Below are positions 26,277-36,140 of a DNA stretch of 40,172 bases, piece after piece (the stretch's first letter is position 1; each line of letters opens with the position of its first letter). A program made the translations under genes and the position numbers. The notes beneath the pieces were generated by a model. The model saw nothing but the letters and a program-made list of their open reading frames with translations, had not been told where the DNA came from and did no database searches. Source of the DNA: an uncultured Candidatus Poseidoniales archaeon (GTDB taxonomy: Archaea > Thermoplasmatota > Poseidoniia > Poseidoniales > Poseidoniaceae); contig CAYSJV010000002.1 of NCBI GenBank assembly GCA_964431435.1, forward strand, positions 11,203 through 51,374. The letters are read 5' to 3'.

Positions 26277-28322
26277 TTATTCTGTTTCAGAATTAAGTGC
26301 ATTATTACGAGCATCTTCTTCTTCAGCTACCCGCATACCTTCTTCAAGGTCTATTCTACTTGTCAAAAATGTACCAAGTAATATTACAACAGTAATTGTC
26401 ATAATGGCTACTCTACTATCAAATGCAGTACTTGTAATACCATATAAGAAAGTACCAATCATTGCAGCAGATTTTCCAAGGAAGCCGAAGAAGCCGAAGA
26501 ATTCAGATGTGCGGGTTTTTGGAGTTAATTGTGAAAACATCGAACGCGCTTGTGCACCAGCTGAACCCATTGCACAGCCAACGAATAATCCAAGAATAAT
26601 CCATTGTAGTGCAACACCTATACCGAATGGTTCCCATACTTTATCGCGCATTGTCGAGGCCCACCAATCAACAGGCCCACCTTGGTCTACAATAGTTGGA
26701 TGAATATTTCCAACTTCTGAAGAACCGGCAATTGTTTCGTTTCCACCAACGATAATAATAGAGAATCGATGCTCGTGCCTATCTTCATCACTGACATTAT
26801 CGAAAGCAGCAACAAGTGCAATAGCATCATCTTCTGTAATTGTTTTAACTTCCTTTTCTGTTATTGAAGCTTGGTCTGCAAGGAATGATGCACCAACAAT
26901 CCCAACACCAACTAGAATAAATGCAGTAAGTACACCTACCCACCCCATGTTCCTCTCTTGTAACCACATGATACCTCCACCTAGTAAAGCAACCATAGCT
27001 AAAATAAACAAACAAACTAACAATCCAGTACCTAACGTACTTTCTCCAGCATCATCTACACTGTAATCAGGTTCGGGGAAGTGTTCTTGAAATGCATCTC
27101 GGAATGCATCATCACCTTCAGAACTCTCAGCAATCCAACCTTCATATCCACGATCATACAATGTTGTCATCACATACACTCCATCATCAGTTGATGTATC
27201 TCCATCCGGATTTTGATCCCATTCAAATTGAAAATCATAACGTTTTGCATCTTCTTCTCCGTTTAGTTCCAGTGGTGCAAAACCAGCAGCAGTTACTGAG
27301 ACTGCACAATAAATGAGTAATGCCAACATCAATGCAAATTTCGTTCCTTTCCAATTTGCTAATTTACCAAAAACCCAAGTCATAGGAATGGCGACAATAT
27401 TGACAGTCAGCAAGAGCATAACATTCATGCTAGGATTTAGTCTTAAAACAGATTCTCCGAATGCACTTGCCATACTTGCGATAGTGTTGACACCGTCGTA
27501 GAATAGTAGGTATGCGACTAGGAAAAGTGCAAGGACTTTGAATTTCTTAATCTCAATTGCTGTTTTAGCGACTTGAGAATAGGCAATTCCAACAGCATTC
27601 CCAATACCTTTCCATTCCATTTGTGAAGGAATGTCGGGTTCCGGCGTCCACTTGAACATCAACGCTCCAAATCCCCACCACCATAGTGCAGAGGTTACAA
27701 ATATCACAGCAAGTTTGAAATTAGTATCCCAATTAAATGGACCCATCAAAATTAACAAGTGGAAAATGAGTAGTATTGAACCACCCATGAATCCATACAT
27801 ATATCCCCAAGTTGACACTTTATCTTGATCTTCTCTTTTACCAAGATAGGGCATGAAGGAGTAATAGATGACGTTTCCACCAGTGAATCCAATCGTACCT
27901 ATAGTGTACATTAGTGCCAGAACAATATATCCTTGCGAACCAAAATAAGGCGCTGCACCCATTAGAGCAGTGAATATGATACCAGCAACGGTATACCATT
28001 TCAGTAATTTCTTCTTAATTGGCATTTTATCCGCGATAACACCCAATGCAGGTGCGGTAATGACAACAAAAATCATTGAAAAGGTAAGTACAAACGCGTA
28101 AAACGAATCCCCAGCCTGGGTTCCTGTGGCTAAGTTGTATAGGTTAGCCATCAATGCAGGCGCAATGACGGTCATTACAGTGAGTGCATATGCTTGATTC
28201 GCCCAATCAAAAAAGTACCAACCCCTTAATGCATTCTCTTCTTCAGAAGTTTTACTTTCAAAAATCTTTTTTACAGAGTCATTTGCATCACTTGACATAT
28301 TTTCGGAAACCACATTGCCCAT
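26277..28322 (-). CDS. MFS transporter, UMF1/Atg22-like, with large insertion
   Basis: GWYFFDWANQAY, APALGVIAD, YLLFYDGVNT, ARSMFSQLTP..RTSEFFGFFG..GK. Confidence 0.88.
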   Translation of the reverse strand: MGNVVSENMSSDANDSVKKIFESKTSEEENALRGWYFFDWANQAYALTVMTVIAPALMANLYNLATGTQAGDSFYAFVLTFSMIFVVITAPALGVIADKMPIKKKLLKWYTVAGIIFTALMGAAPYFGSQGYIVLALMYTIGTIGFTGGNVIYYSFMPYLGKREDQDKVSTWGYMYGFMGGSILLIFHLLILMGPFNWDTNFKLAVIFVTSALWWWGFGALMFKWTPEPDIPSQMEWKGIGNAVGIAYSQVAKTAIEIKKFKVLALFLVAYLLFYDGVNTIASMASAFGESVLRLNPSMNVMLLLTVNIVAIPMTWVFGKLANWKGTKFALMLALLIYCAVSVTAAGFAPLELNGEEDAKRYDFQFEWDQNPDGDTSTDDGVYVMTTLYDRGYEGWIAESSEGDDAFRDAFQEHFPEPDYSVDDAGESTLGTGLLVCLFILAMVALLGGGIMWLQERNMGWVGVLTAFILVGVGIVGASFLADQASITEKEVKTITEDDAIALVAAFDNVSDEDRHEHRFSIIIVGGNETIAGSSEVGNIHPTIVDQGGPVDWWASTMRDKVWEPFGIGVALQWIILGLFVGCAMGSAGAQARSMFSQLTPKTRTSEFFGFFGFLGKSAAMIGTFLYGITSTAFDSRVAIMTITVVILLGTFLTSRIDLEEGMRVAEEEDARNNALNSETE

Positions 28323-28412
28323 GTTATTGCGAAAAGCCCTCTATTTGTAATACTAGTTATCAAAGTTGTATAGGAAATAGGAATTAGCGAGAAGTTCAAA
28401 CATACGGATATT

Positions 28413-29615
28413 TTGGAAGTAACACTGGGAGTTGCAATAATGGGTAATGATCTGAAGACTGCAGGATGCGGAATGGTTCCAGTAAATAAGAAACCCAAGA
28501 AGATTCATCACCTAATTAAAGCACCTGAGAATTATTCTTTTAATTTGGAAAGAAAGATGTCTTGGGATGCAAATGAACCAGCTACAGTATACAAAACACC
28601 TGAAATGTTACCTGATGGGACTATTTGTACCGCAGCAACAGTAATTTTGCGAACAAAAGGATGTCATTGGTGGTGGTCTTCTGGCTGTACATTTTGTGGA
28701 TATTTTAACGATACAAGAGATGACGTGAATAGTTTGAATTTACACGCTCAATGGGCTTATGCCAAACAAAAATTGGACAATTTTTCAGATTCAGAGATGA
28801 TTAAAGTGTATACCTCTGGTAGTTTTCTTGAAGATAGGGAAATCCCAATTGATTTCCAGGAAACAGTACTGAAAGAATGCCATGAAATGAAAAAGCATTT
28901 GATAATAGAATCTCGTACCGAACAAAATACAAAAGAAAAACTTTCTTGGGCGGCTTCAATTAATCCACACTTTACAATTGCAATCGGCCTCGAGGCATAT
29001 GATGATGAAGTTTTAAAATTTCATGTGAATAAGGGTTTTACTGTGAAATCATGGCATCGTGCTGTTGAAAATATACGTGAGTATAATTTGAGATTGAAAA
29101 CATATCTTATGTTCAAACCTCCCTTTATGTCAGAAGGCGACTCACTAGTTCAATGTGCAAAGTGGATTGAAAGTGTGGCACATTTGTCTGACGAGGTATC
29201 AGTTAATCCCATGAATATTCAGCGAGGCACAATAATTGACAGAATCTATCGTAGTAAAGAATACCGGCCACCATGGTTATGGTCATTGGTAGATTTGATT
29301 CAACGGGTAAATTCCTGTATTCATCCCCAGAATGGTTTGAATGGTGAAGCAGATCAAGTCACACGTCTCATTATTCATCCAACTGCTGGAGGAAAACCTA
29401 GAGGAGCACACAATTGTGGTAAATGTGACAAGGAAGTTGTTGCAGCAATAGAGAGATATTCGGTAAGTGGGAACCTTTTGGAATTCAAAGGTTTGGATTG
29501 TAGTTGTAGAAGAATATGGAAAGAAGAAATTACCTTAGATTTGGAATTACCACTGCCATTAGGATGTGGAAAAAATCGAAGAAATAACCCAATAAGTGCT
29601 AATATTTCCCCCTAG
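28413..29615 (+). CDS. archaeosine biosynthesis radical SAM protein RaSEA
   Basis: VILRTKGCHWWWSSGCTFCGY, KVYTSGSFLE, IAIGLE, INKG-like VNKGF, YLMFKPPF, YRPPWLWS, RGAHNCGKCD, CSC; start uncertain (ATG 28440/28473). Confidence 0.88.
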   Translation: MEVTLGVAIMGNDLKTAGCGMVPVNKKPKKIHHLIKAPENYSFNLERKMSWDANEPATVYKTPEMLPDGTICTAATVILRTKGCHWWWSSGCTFCGYFNDTRDDVNSLNLHAQWAYAKQKLDNFSDSEMIKVYTSGSFLEDREIPIDFQETVLKECHEMKKHLIIESRTEQNTKEKLSWAASINPHFTIAIGLEAYDDEVLKFHVNKGFTVKSWHRAVENIREYNLRLKTYLMFKPPFMSEGDSLVQCAKWIESVAHLSDEVSVNPMNIQRGTIIDRIYRSKEYRPPWLWSLVDLIQRVNSCIHPQNGLNGEADQVTRLIIHPTAGGKPRGAHNCGKCDKEVVAAIERYSVSGNLLEFKGLDCSCRRIWKEEITLDLELPLPLGCGKNRRNNPISANISP

Positions 29616-29689
29616 TATCCTTTCAAAATTAATTCTAATGGTGGAATGTTTATCATGGCTCTTCATGTCGAGGGTACTATCCCTTATGG

Positions 29690-29977
29690 GTGGATGGTGA
29701 TATTTTGAGTTCAGAGATTAATTTACCAGATGTTATACAAGGATATGAGGAGCCAGAAAATTCTAAAGTTATACTGTCATTAATCGGAGCAGGTTTGTTA
29801 GGTATAATAGTATTATTTACAGTTGTATTTAATTGGAATGATTTTCCAATAGTGGGGGAAGTTGTACCCTTTTTTGATGTAGTCGGTACTAGCGGTATTT
29901 GGTACTACATGATTGGTATTTTCATTGGTTTTACACTGATTATAACATCAATGATGGGAGAAGCACTTAGAGATTAA
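29690..29977 (+). CDS. small two-TM membrane protein
   Basis: Two hydrophobic helices; 5-bp gap to the next gene. Confidence 0.72.
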   Translation: MDGDILSSEINLPDVIQGYEEPENSKVILSLIGAGLLGIIVLFTVVFNWNDFPIVGEVVPFFDVVGTSGIWYYMIGIFIGFTLIITSMMGEALRD

Positions 29978-29982
29978 GGGGT

Positions 29983-32109
29983 TTGATTATGGTAGAATTC
30001 ACATCTTTTTCAGTAATTAGTTATCTGCTTTTCATTGGCTTTTTTGCATTTATTTATTCTAGAGGAATAGGTGAGATGAGTCAATCAGTTAGGCAACTCA
30101 GTTTGTTTATGTTAGAAAAAGCACCTGCAGGAATAGTAGATCTTTTTTCAAAAGAATCTGGGAGTGCATCAAGGAATTGGATGACACTAGGAGGAATTTG
30201 GTTCACAGTAGCTGCAACTTTAACATTTGTTGATAATTGGCTAGCATATGATCCTAGCGCCCTCGATTCAGCGTTTGGAAATTGGTACAATTCTAGTGCA
30301 ATGTTATCTGCAACACATACTGCTACAGTATTTGGATTTCTTAGTATGACATTCATTGGTGCAAGTTTTCATATTCAATCTAAATTGACAGGTAAACCAC
30401 TTGCTAGTGAAGCTGGAGCAACACTTATTGGTTTAATTTGGTCTACTTGGACACTTATTTTGGTATTGTTATCTTTGCAGTTATTACCCTATCTTACAGA
30501 ATTTTATCCTCAAACTGTAACTTCATCTGGATTTTTCCTAGTGTACGGTGTATTAGCTCTTGGAGTTTTAATTAATCATATGCTGACTGCACATGAACAA
30601 GAAGTAGAAGCCATGCAAGCTACAAGCTGGATGATTCTTTTATCTTTAGCCGCATTTATTTGGACAATGTTTTCGACAATTCTATACACGATGGGCGGCG
30701 ATTCAATGTACTCTTGGTGGATTTCTAAATCACTTTATGGATTATGGTTAGTTCCAATGTCTATTGCAATAGGTTTCTATCTAATACCAAAAGTTAGCGG
30801 CAATCCATTATGGAGTAACTCAATGTCCAAGGCGACCATGTTTTTCATGTTCATTACTGTTACACCATTTGTAGCAGCAACTGGTATGGAATCATCTACT
30901 CTAGGAACCAAATCATTTGTAGCAGCAGTAAGCACATTAGCATTATTGCCATTGATTGCAGCATCATTTAATATGATTGCAACCATGAAAGGTAAATGGG
31001 AATTGGCAGTATCTTCAGCAGGAGTATCTAGTGCAATTTTTTCAGTAAGCATTCTCCCATTAGCAGCTTGCGGCGCTCTTTTTGCAAGCATTGATGGATT
31101 TGGAGGAAACGGCAATCTAGCTGGATTGGGAGGTACACTTGATGCACTTTTCTTATGGGGTATTGCTGGAATGATGGCACTCGCATGCTTACTGGAAATA
31201 TATCCAGATAGTTGTGGACGAAATTTGTTTAGTCGAAGTAAAGCTCGCTGGGCATTCTGGCTTACAGGCATTGGAGTTTTCGGGTCATTTATTACCTCAT
31301 TAAGTGGGGATTTTACATCAATGGCTTTGTCTGATACTGCTTATGAAGGAACAAGCACTGTTCTAAAAGATTTGAGTTTATTTAGTGCAGTATTTTTCTA
31401 TCTGATAACTATGGCCTCATTTACTATGGTACTGAATGTTATTCAAACTTCTAATAGAGGAAAAGTGCTTGATGGAGCAAGTTTAGCATCAGCAGGGATA
31501 GATAGATTTGTCATCACATCTGGAAGCCACACAATTAGGGGCCTTCTGGGGAAGGGGGCATCATTAGATACCGAACTGGTGGTTGAAACAGAATCCAAAG
31601 AAAGTAAAGGTGAATCTGAAATTAAGATTTCTGCAGGGCTACATGCAGCAGAAGGTATGGAGATCAAAGAAACCGCTAGTGATGCAGCAGATGATGCATT
31701 ATGGAAGATTGGAGAATATTTAACAAAAAATAAAACATCAATTTTTGAAATGTTCAAAGAATTAGATGCAGATGAAAATGCAATGGTAAGCCCTTCAGAA
31801 CTTAAAACAGGTTTGAAAAATCTAGGCATTTCGAATATGCCCGACTCTGAAATTGAAAGAGTAGTAGATGCATTGGATATAGATTCTGATGGAATGATAA
31901 GCCTTCCAGAATTAGATTTGGCTTTTACTCACACTAATATGCCACTTAGAATCGTTACCCCTAAGGAAAAGGAATCTGAAGGAAAAGAAGTTGAGATGGA
32001 TGCTGCAAGTTTGAAGAAAATGAAGAAAGGAGAATTAGTTAAGTTGGCTAAAGAAAAAGGAGTTTCTTCATCAGGAAATAAACAAGAAATTATTGACAGA
32101 CTTCTTTGA
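29983..32109 (+). CDS. CcoN (cbb3 oxidase subunit I)-like multi-TM protein lacking metal-ligand His, fused to EF-hand pair and SAP/HeH-like domain
   Basis: YSWWISKSLYGLWL...FYLIPKVSGNPLWS, NMIATMKGKWE and RNLFS....WAFWLTGIG follow the CcoN pattern; EF loops DADENAMVSPSE and DIDSDGMISLPE; tail LKKMKKGELVKLAKEKGVSSSGNKQEIIDRL. Confidence 0.72.
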   Translation: MIMVEFTSFSVISYLLFIGFFAFIYSRGIGEMSQSVRQLSLFMLEKAPAGIVDLFSKESGSASRNWMTLGGIWFTVAATLTFVDNWLAYDPSALDSAFGNWYNSSAMLSATHTATVFGFLSMTFIGASFHIQSKLTGKPLASEAGATLIGLIWSTWTLILVLLSLQLLPYLTEFYPQTVTSSGFFLVYGVLALGVLINHMLTAHEQEVEAMQATSWMILLSLAAFIWTMFSTILYTMGGDSMYSWWISKSLYGLWLVPMSIAIGFYLIPKVSGNPLWSNSMSKATMFFMFITVTPFVAATGMESSTLGTKSFVAAVSTLALLPLIAASFNMIATMKGKWELAVSSAGVSSAIFSVSILPLAACGALFASIDGFGGNGNLAGLGGTLDALFLWGIAGMMALACLLEIYPDSCGRNLFSRSKARWAFWLTGIGVFGSFITSLSGDFTSMALSDTAYEGTSTVLKDLSLFSAVFFYLITMASFTMVLNVIQTSNRGKVLDGASLASAGIDRFVITSGSHTIRGLLGKGASLDTELVVETESKESKGESEIKISAGLHAAEGMEIKETASDAADDALWKIGEYLTKNKTSIFEMFKELDADENAMVSPSELKTGLKNLGISNMPDSEIERVVDALDIDSDGMISLPELDLAFTHTNMPLRIVTPKEKESEGKEVEMDAASLKKMKKGELVKLAKEKGVSSSGNKQEIIDRLL

Positions 32110-32164
32110 CTACTAAAACCGCACCAATCAAACCATGTGCCATCTTGGGTCTAAGTGTTGGGAC

Positions 32165-33466
32165 ATGCGAATAGGTATTGTTGGTAAACCAAATGTGGGC
32201 AAATCTACTTTTTTTGCAGCAGCAACCGCAACTAATGTTGAAATAGCGAATTATCCATTTTGTACAATTGAGCCAAATGTAGGAATTGCTTTTATTCCAG
32301 CACCAAATGCATGTCCTTGCCAAGAACTCAGACAGAAAAAAGAATCAGAAGGAAGATTAGCTCTTGAAGAAACTAATTCACGAAAAGGCAGTATTTGTAA
32401 TCCCAGAACAGGTACTTGTGAAATGAATATTAGATTAGTTCCAACAACTTTGGTGGATGTTGCAGGTCTTGTACCTGGTGCACATGAAGGTAAAGGCCGA
32501 GGAAACGAATTTCTCAACGATCTCGCTCAATGTGATGCGTTAATACAAGTTGTAGACATTGCAGGTACAACAGATATCGAGGGTAACCCAATTGGTAATG
32601 ATTCCGATTTAGAAACTGCAACATCTTCAGCAATGGAAGAGCATAATTTTCTTTTGGATGAGTTAGATGCCTGGATTGCAGGAATTATTGTGGATGGTTG
32701 GTCGAGAGGAGCAAGGAGAGTTCAGGCAGAAGGGGAAAGCGGATTGCTCAATTACCTTTCAGATAGACTCACAGGTATCGGAGGGAGACCAAAAGAGGTA
32801 TCCCAAGCAATGAATAAATTTTCACAACAAAGTAAAGATTTACCACAATATTGGGATTGGGAGCAGAAGGAATTGATCACATTTGCAAGTTATTTGCGAA
32901 GAGAGATGTTCCCCGTGTTTGTTGCTGCAAATAAAGCAGATTTAGTCACCCAAGATTATTGGATAGATTTGAAGAAAAAAGTAGAGTCAGAAGGAGGGTT
33001 GTTGATACCAACTAGTGCTGATAGTGAATTAGCCTTAAGAAGAGCATCAAAAATGAAATTAATTGACTATCAACTAGGAAATTCATCATTTTTAATAACA
33101 ACTGAAGGTGAATCTAAATTAAGTACTGCTCAGAAGAAAGGGCTTCAAACTTTGAACAGCAGGTTGAATGAAATGCAATCAACAGGGGTAACGGAACTTC
33201 TAATTCGAACAGTCTTTGAATTGCTAGACCAGATGGTTGTTTATCCAGTACAGGAAGAATCACATTGGATTGACGGAGATGGAAAAGTGTTGCCAGATGC
33301 ACTAATAGTTCCAATTGGAACTAATGCTAAGGAGATGGCATTTGCAGTACATACAGACTTAGGAAATGGATTTATCCGTGCTACAGATGCACGTACAGGA
33401 CGAACTATCGGATCAGAACACGAATTGTCTGATAATGATGTAATCAAAATACATGCAAAGCAATAA
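32165..33466 (+). CDS. ychF: archaeal YchF/Obg-family NTPase with TGS domain
   Basis: IGIVGKPNVGKST, ANYPFCTIEPN, DVAGLVPGAHEGKGRGNEFL, ANKAD, VHTDL...FIRA; ATG 32165 preferred over 32135. Confidence 0.95.
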   Translation: MRIGIVGKPNVGKSTFFAAATATNVEIANYPFCTIEPNVGIAFIPAPNACPCQELRQKKESEGRLALEETNSRKGSICNPRTGTCEMNIRLVPTTLVDVAGLVPGAHEGKGRGNEFLNDLAQCDALIQVVDIAGTTDIEGNPIGNDSDLETATSSAMEEHNFLLDELDAWIAGIIVDGWSRGARRVQAEGESGLLNYLSDRLTGIGGRPKEVSQAMNKFSQQSKDLPQYWDWEQKELITFASYLRREMFPVFVAANKADLVTQDYWIDLKKKVESEGGLLIPTSADSELALRRASKMKLIDYQLGNSSFLITTEGESKLSTAQKKGLQTLNSRLNEMQSTGVTELLIRTVFELLDQMVVYPVQEESHWIDGDGKVLPDALIVPIGTNAKEMAFAVHTDLGNGFIRATDARTGRTIGSEHELSDNDVIKIHAKQ

Positions 33467-33562
33467 TTGTATCTTATTTTAGAGATTGCAGAATTCCACT
33501 AGACAAGGTGTAATTTTGATTACTCCGTTAATGTGAAATAAGTTAGTACAGAGGAACAAATC

Positions 33563-33991
33563 ATGGGGTCTTATCTCGAACACGCCAATATCACAGCAAT
33601 CAATGTTGATGAAGTAATTCGTTTTCTTCAGACTGCGATGCCAGATTGGAAAATCCGAGCAGATGTAAGTGGGGACTCTAGGTCTTGTCAGCGGTGGGTT
33701 CACTTAGGCACAGATGTCAGTTATATTGCCATAGAGGATAGAGGAGTTACAGAGAAGGGTCCCCATGAACCTTATGTCCATCAAGGAGTAAATCATCTTG
33801 GTTTTGTGGTTGATGATTTAGATGCAGTTTCAAAAAGATTAACTGAGGGAGGGTATTCTGAAGGTTTAAAAGTCCCAATTAATCCAAATCGCAAGCGTGT
33901 TTACTTCTTTGATAACGAAGGAAATGAATATGAGTTTGTAGAGTATCTTAAACCAGAAATCACTTCACGCAACGATTATTCTGATAAATAG
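33563..33991 (+). CDS. VOC/glyoxalase family protein
   Basis: LEHANIT, GVNHLGFVVDDL, YFFDNEGNEYEFVEY; SD GAGGA upstream. Confidence 0.9.
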   Translation: MGSYLEHANITAINVDEVIRFLQTAMPDWKIRADVSGDSRSCQRWVHLGTDVSYIAIEDRGVTEKGPHEPYVHQGVNHLGFVVDDLDAVSKRLTEGGYSEGLKVPINPNRKRVYFFDNEGNEYEFVEYLKPEITSRNDYSDK

Positions 33992-34013
33992 AATCACAGA
34001 TATACCATATTAC

Positions 34014-34499
34014 TTAATCTTCCATTAAAGGCAAACGTCCAGAAAATCCAGTATTTAGACTATGCCAATATTTCACATCATTATCAGATTCTTCCCAACA
34101 ATAGTTTACAAGTTCACCATCAACAACCCCATACCAATCCAAAAGAGGGGGGTCGATACTTTTCACTTCACATCCTGTGGATGAAATTTCATCTAAGCAA
34201 TCTTTCCATTCATCTATGACAATTGCTAAATCAGTTGATACCTCTTCAACATGAGGATTTTCTATATCCAATTTTCTTAGCAACAGATCTAATTCTTCTG
34301 TCAGGCTTTGTGCTTTATCTTGTATATTTTGAAGTGTACCTATATATTTCCTTACCTTTTTCAAACCCATCCTTGCCTCTTCTATTGATACGATTTTAGC
34401 ACCATTTGGTAATAATTCATGCGCATGATTAGGGTGCATTAAATCACCAGGGGGCATCGGACGTCCAAAAAATCTTGATGTATTTTGTCTATCTCCCAT
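34014..34499 (-). CDS. DUF2203-like protein
   Basis: GCEVKSIDPPLLDW...VNYCWEESD..VKYWHSLNTGFSGRLPL; SD AGGAGG precedes ATG 34499. Confidence 0.8.
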   Translation of the reverse strand: MGDRQNTSRFFGRPMPPGDLMHPNHAHELLPNGAKIVSIEEARMGLKKVRKYIGTLQNIQDKAQSLTEELDLLLRKLDIENPHVEEVSTDLAIVIDEWKDCLDEISSTGCEVKSIDPPLLDWYGVVDGELVNYCWEESDNDVKYWHSLNTGFSGRLPLMED

Positions 34500-34559
34500 A
34501 TTTCCTCCTTTTTTCTCTTTGTCTATCAATCTAAGCATCATATATATCGGTTTTAATCA

Positions 34560-34814
34560 TTAAACTGGTTTTATTAATTTTGAGATTTTCTTGAAAAAAT
34601 ATCCTCCAATTACTACGTAAACAAATATCTCAGCTACTAACAAGATCCAATACCACTTCCCAAGTTCATTTAACAGTAAATCACTACCATATGGATAACC
34701 ATTCATTCCCATAAATATAGCCTGACTTAATACATTGGAACAAAACCATATTACAACCACCATCCATAGCAAAGTTGTATGACTCCATACATTACTATTT
34801 GTTTCAACATTCAT
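34560..34814 (-). CDS. small two-TM membrane protein
   Basis: Two hydrophobic segments, basic C-terminus; fills the gap in a minus-strand gene run. Confidence 0.7.
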   Translation of the reverse strand: MNVETNSNVWSHTTLLWMVVVIWFCSNVLSQAIFMGMNGYPYGSDLLLNELGKWYWILLVAEIFVYVVIGGYFFKKISKLIKPV

Positions 34815-34868
34815 GGTATAAAGTTCTCTTCAAACGTATAAAAGGGAACAGGTTTTATGCATCAGTGA

Positions 34869-35609
34869 TTATTCTGACTCACCTAATTTGGTACCTTGAT
34901 TTTCAAATAACATATACCCACTTAATGTTAATCCCTTTTCAATTGAATCGATCCATGAACCATCTACTGCGCTTTTTCCTCCATGCTGCATTAATAAATC
35001 ATTCCACTTTTCGGCAGCAGCTTTGTTCCCTAAAGCCAAATGTATCATGTTTAAGGCAATGTATGCCATAGCATTCAGATGCTCTTCATTAGAGTCCCAT
35101 GCCTTTTCAAAACAAGAGATTGCACCATGTTCACCTTCAATCAAACCTCTATGTAATTGTCGTAATCCAGCTTGTGACCATGCTTGAGGTAATTCACCAA
35201 TAAGTAGAGTCTTGAATACTAAATAAATCATACAACTAATCAAAATTACAATCAGAATAAACGCAAGAATTTGTTCTGAAGATGTAAAATCCCCCCATTC
35301 ATTTGAAAGTAAAACAATAGTTCCTATTGTTAAAAGTACACCTGAAAATGGAGCAATCAATACATCTCGTTTTGTGTATGATACATGCCTCATACCTACA
35401 ATGCTTCCAATTCCACCGACTATTACCATTACAGTGTGTGAAACTACTGGGTTCGGTATTCTTTCCGCTTGGTTAGCTAATAGGAAAAATGAGAATATGA
35501 GTAATAAGAACATTCCATATTTTTTTGAGAGATCTGGAAAAGGTTGTTTCGAACTCATTATAATTAACAAAGTACCTACAATTGCGAATAAAAAATATAC
35601 CCCAAACAA
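34869..35609 (-). CDS. membrane protein (about 5 TM) with C-terminal TPR-like helical region
   Basis: Hydrophobic N-terminal two-thirds; AISCFEKAW...AYIALNMIHLALGNKAAAEKW is TPR-like. Confidence 0.75.
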   Translation of the reverse strand: MFGVYFLFAIVGTLLIIMSSKQPFPDLSKKYGMFLLLIFSFFLLANQAERIPNPVVSHTVMVIVGGIGSIVGMRHVSYTKRDVLIAPFSGVLLTIGTIVLLSNEWGDFTSSEQILAFILIVILISCMIYLVFKTLLIGELPQAWSQAGLRQLHRGLIEGEHGAISCFEKAWDSNEEHLNAMAYIALNMIHLALGNKAAAEKWNDLLMQHGGKSAVDGSWIDSIEKGLTLSGYMLFENQGTKLGESE

Positions 35610-35629
35610 ATTCTAACCCTCTGTTTCGC

Positions 35630-36058
35630 TTACGATTTGTGATAGGCAGTACCGCCTATTATTTCACTTGCACGATATACTTGTTCAAGAAGTATTACAG
35701 AAACGACCTCATGTGGAAAAGTCATTTTTGAAAGACTCATAGCCCTAAAATTATTCTCAGGAAAACCCGTAGCAGGACCTATTGCAAAATGAGTTGATGT
35801 TGTAGATAAAATTGCTTGTTTTATAATTTCAGTAAATTCAAAACTTGAATATGTTTTACCATTTTCATCTAACAAGATTAATTTTGAATTTTCTGATTGC
35901 TTCACTACTGATTTAAGATATTCATCAGGTGTTTCTTTAGAGGAGTGTTCAATTAATTTCACACTCATTTTTGAAACCCTTTTCAAATATTTTTCAATTA
36001 AATTTTTGCAAGAAGGATCCTTTGTTTGGCCATGTAAATGAATTACAATTCTTGCCAT
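35630..36058 (-). CDS. rlmH: 23S rRNA (pseudouridine1915-N3)-methyltransferase (SPOUT)
   Basis: LILLDENGKTYSS.EF, FAIGPATGF, SLSKMTFPHE...ILLEQVYRA..I..G.AYHK; true start ATG 36058 (track ORF is over-extended). Confidence 0.93.
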   Translation of the reverse strand: MARIVIHLHGQTKDPSCKNLIEKYLKRVSKMSVKLIEHSSKETPDEYLKSVVKQSENSKLILLDENGKTYSSFEFTEIIKQAILSTTSTHFAIGPATGFPENNFRAMSLSKMTFPHEVVSVILLEQVYRASEIIGGTAYHKS

Positions 36059-36140
36059 ATGTAGTCCGAGATGGGGGATGTACTCAATCTTTTCAGGAAA
36101 AAGGGAAAACTCAAGTTGTAGTGTTATGTGCGTATAAATC

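Noticed and set aside
26254-26703. 149-aa plus-strand ORF
   Set aside because: Antisense to the MFS C-terminus; no motifs
32290-32430. Cys-rich segment in YchF (CPC...CNPRTGTC)
   Set aside because: Usual feature of archaeal YchF homologs, not novel
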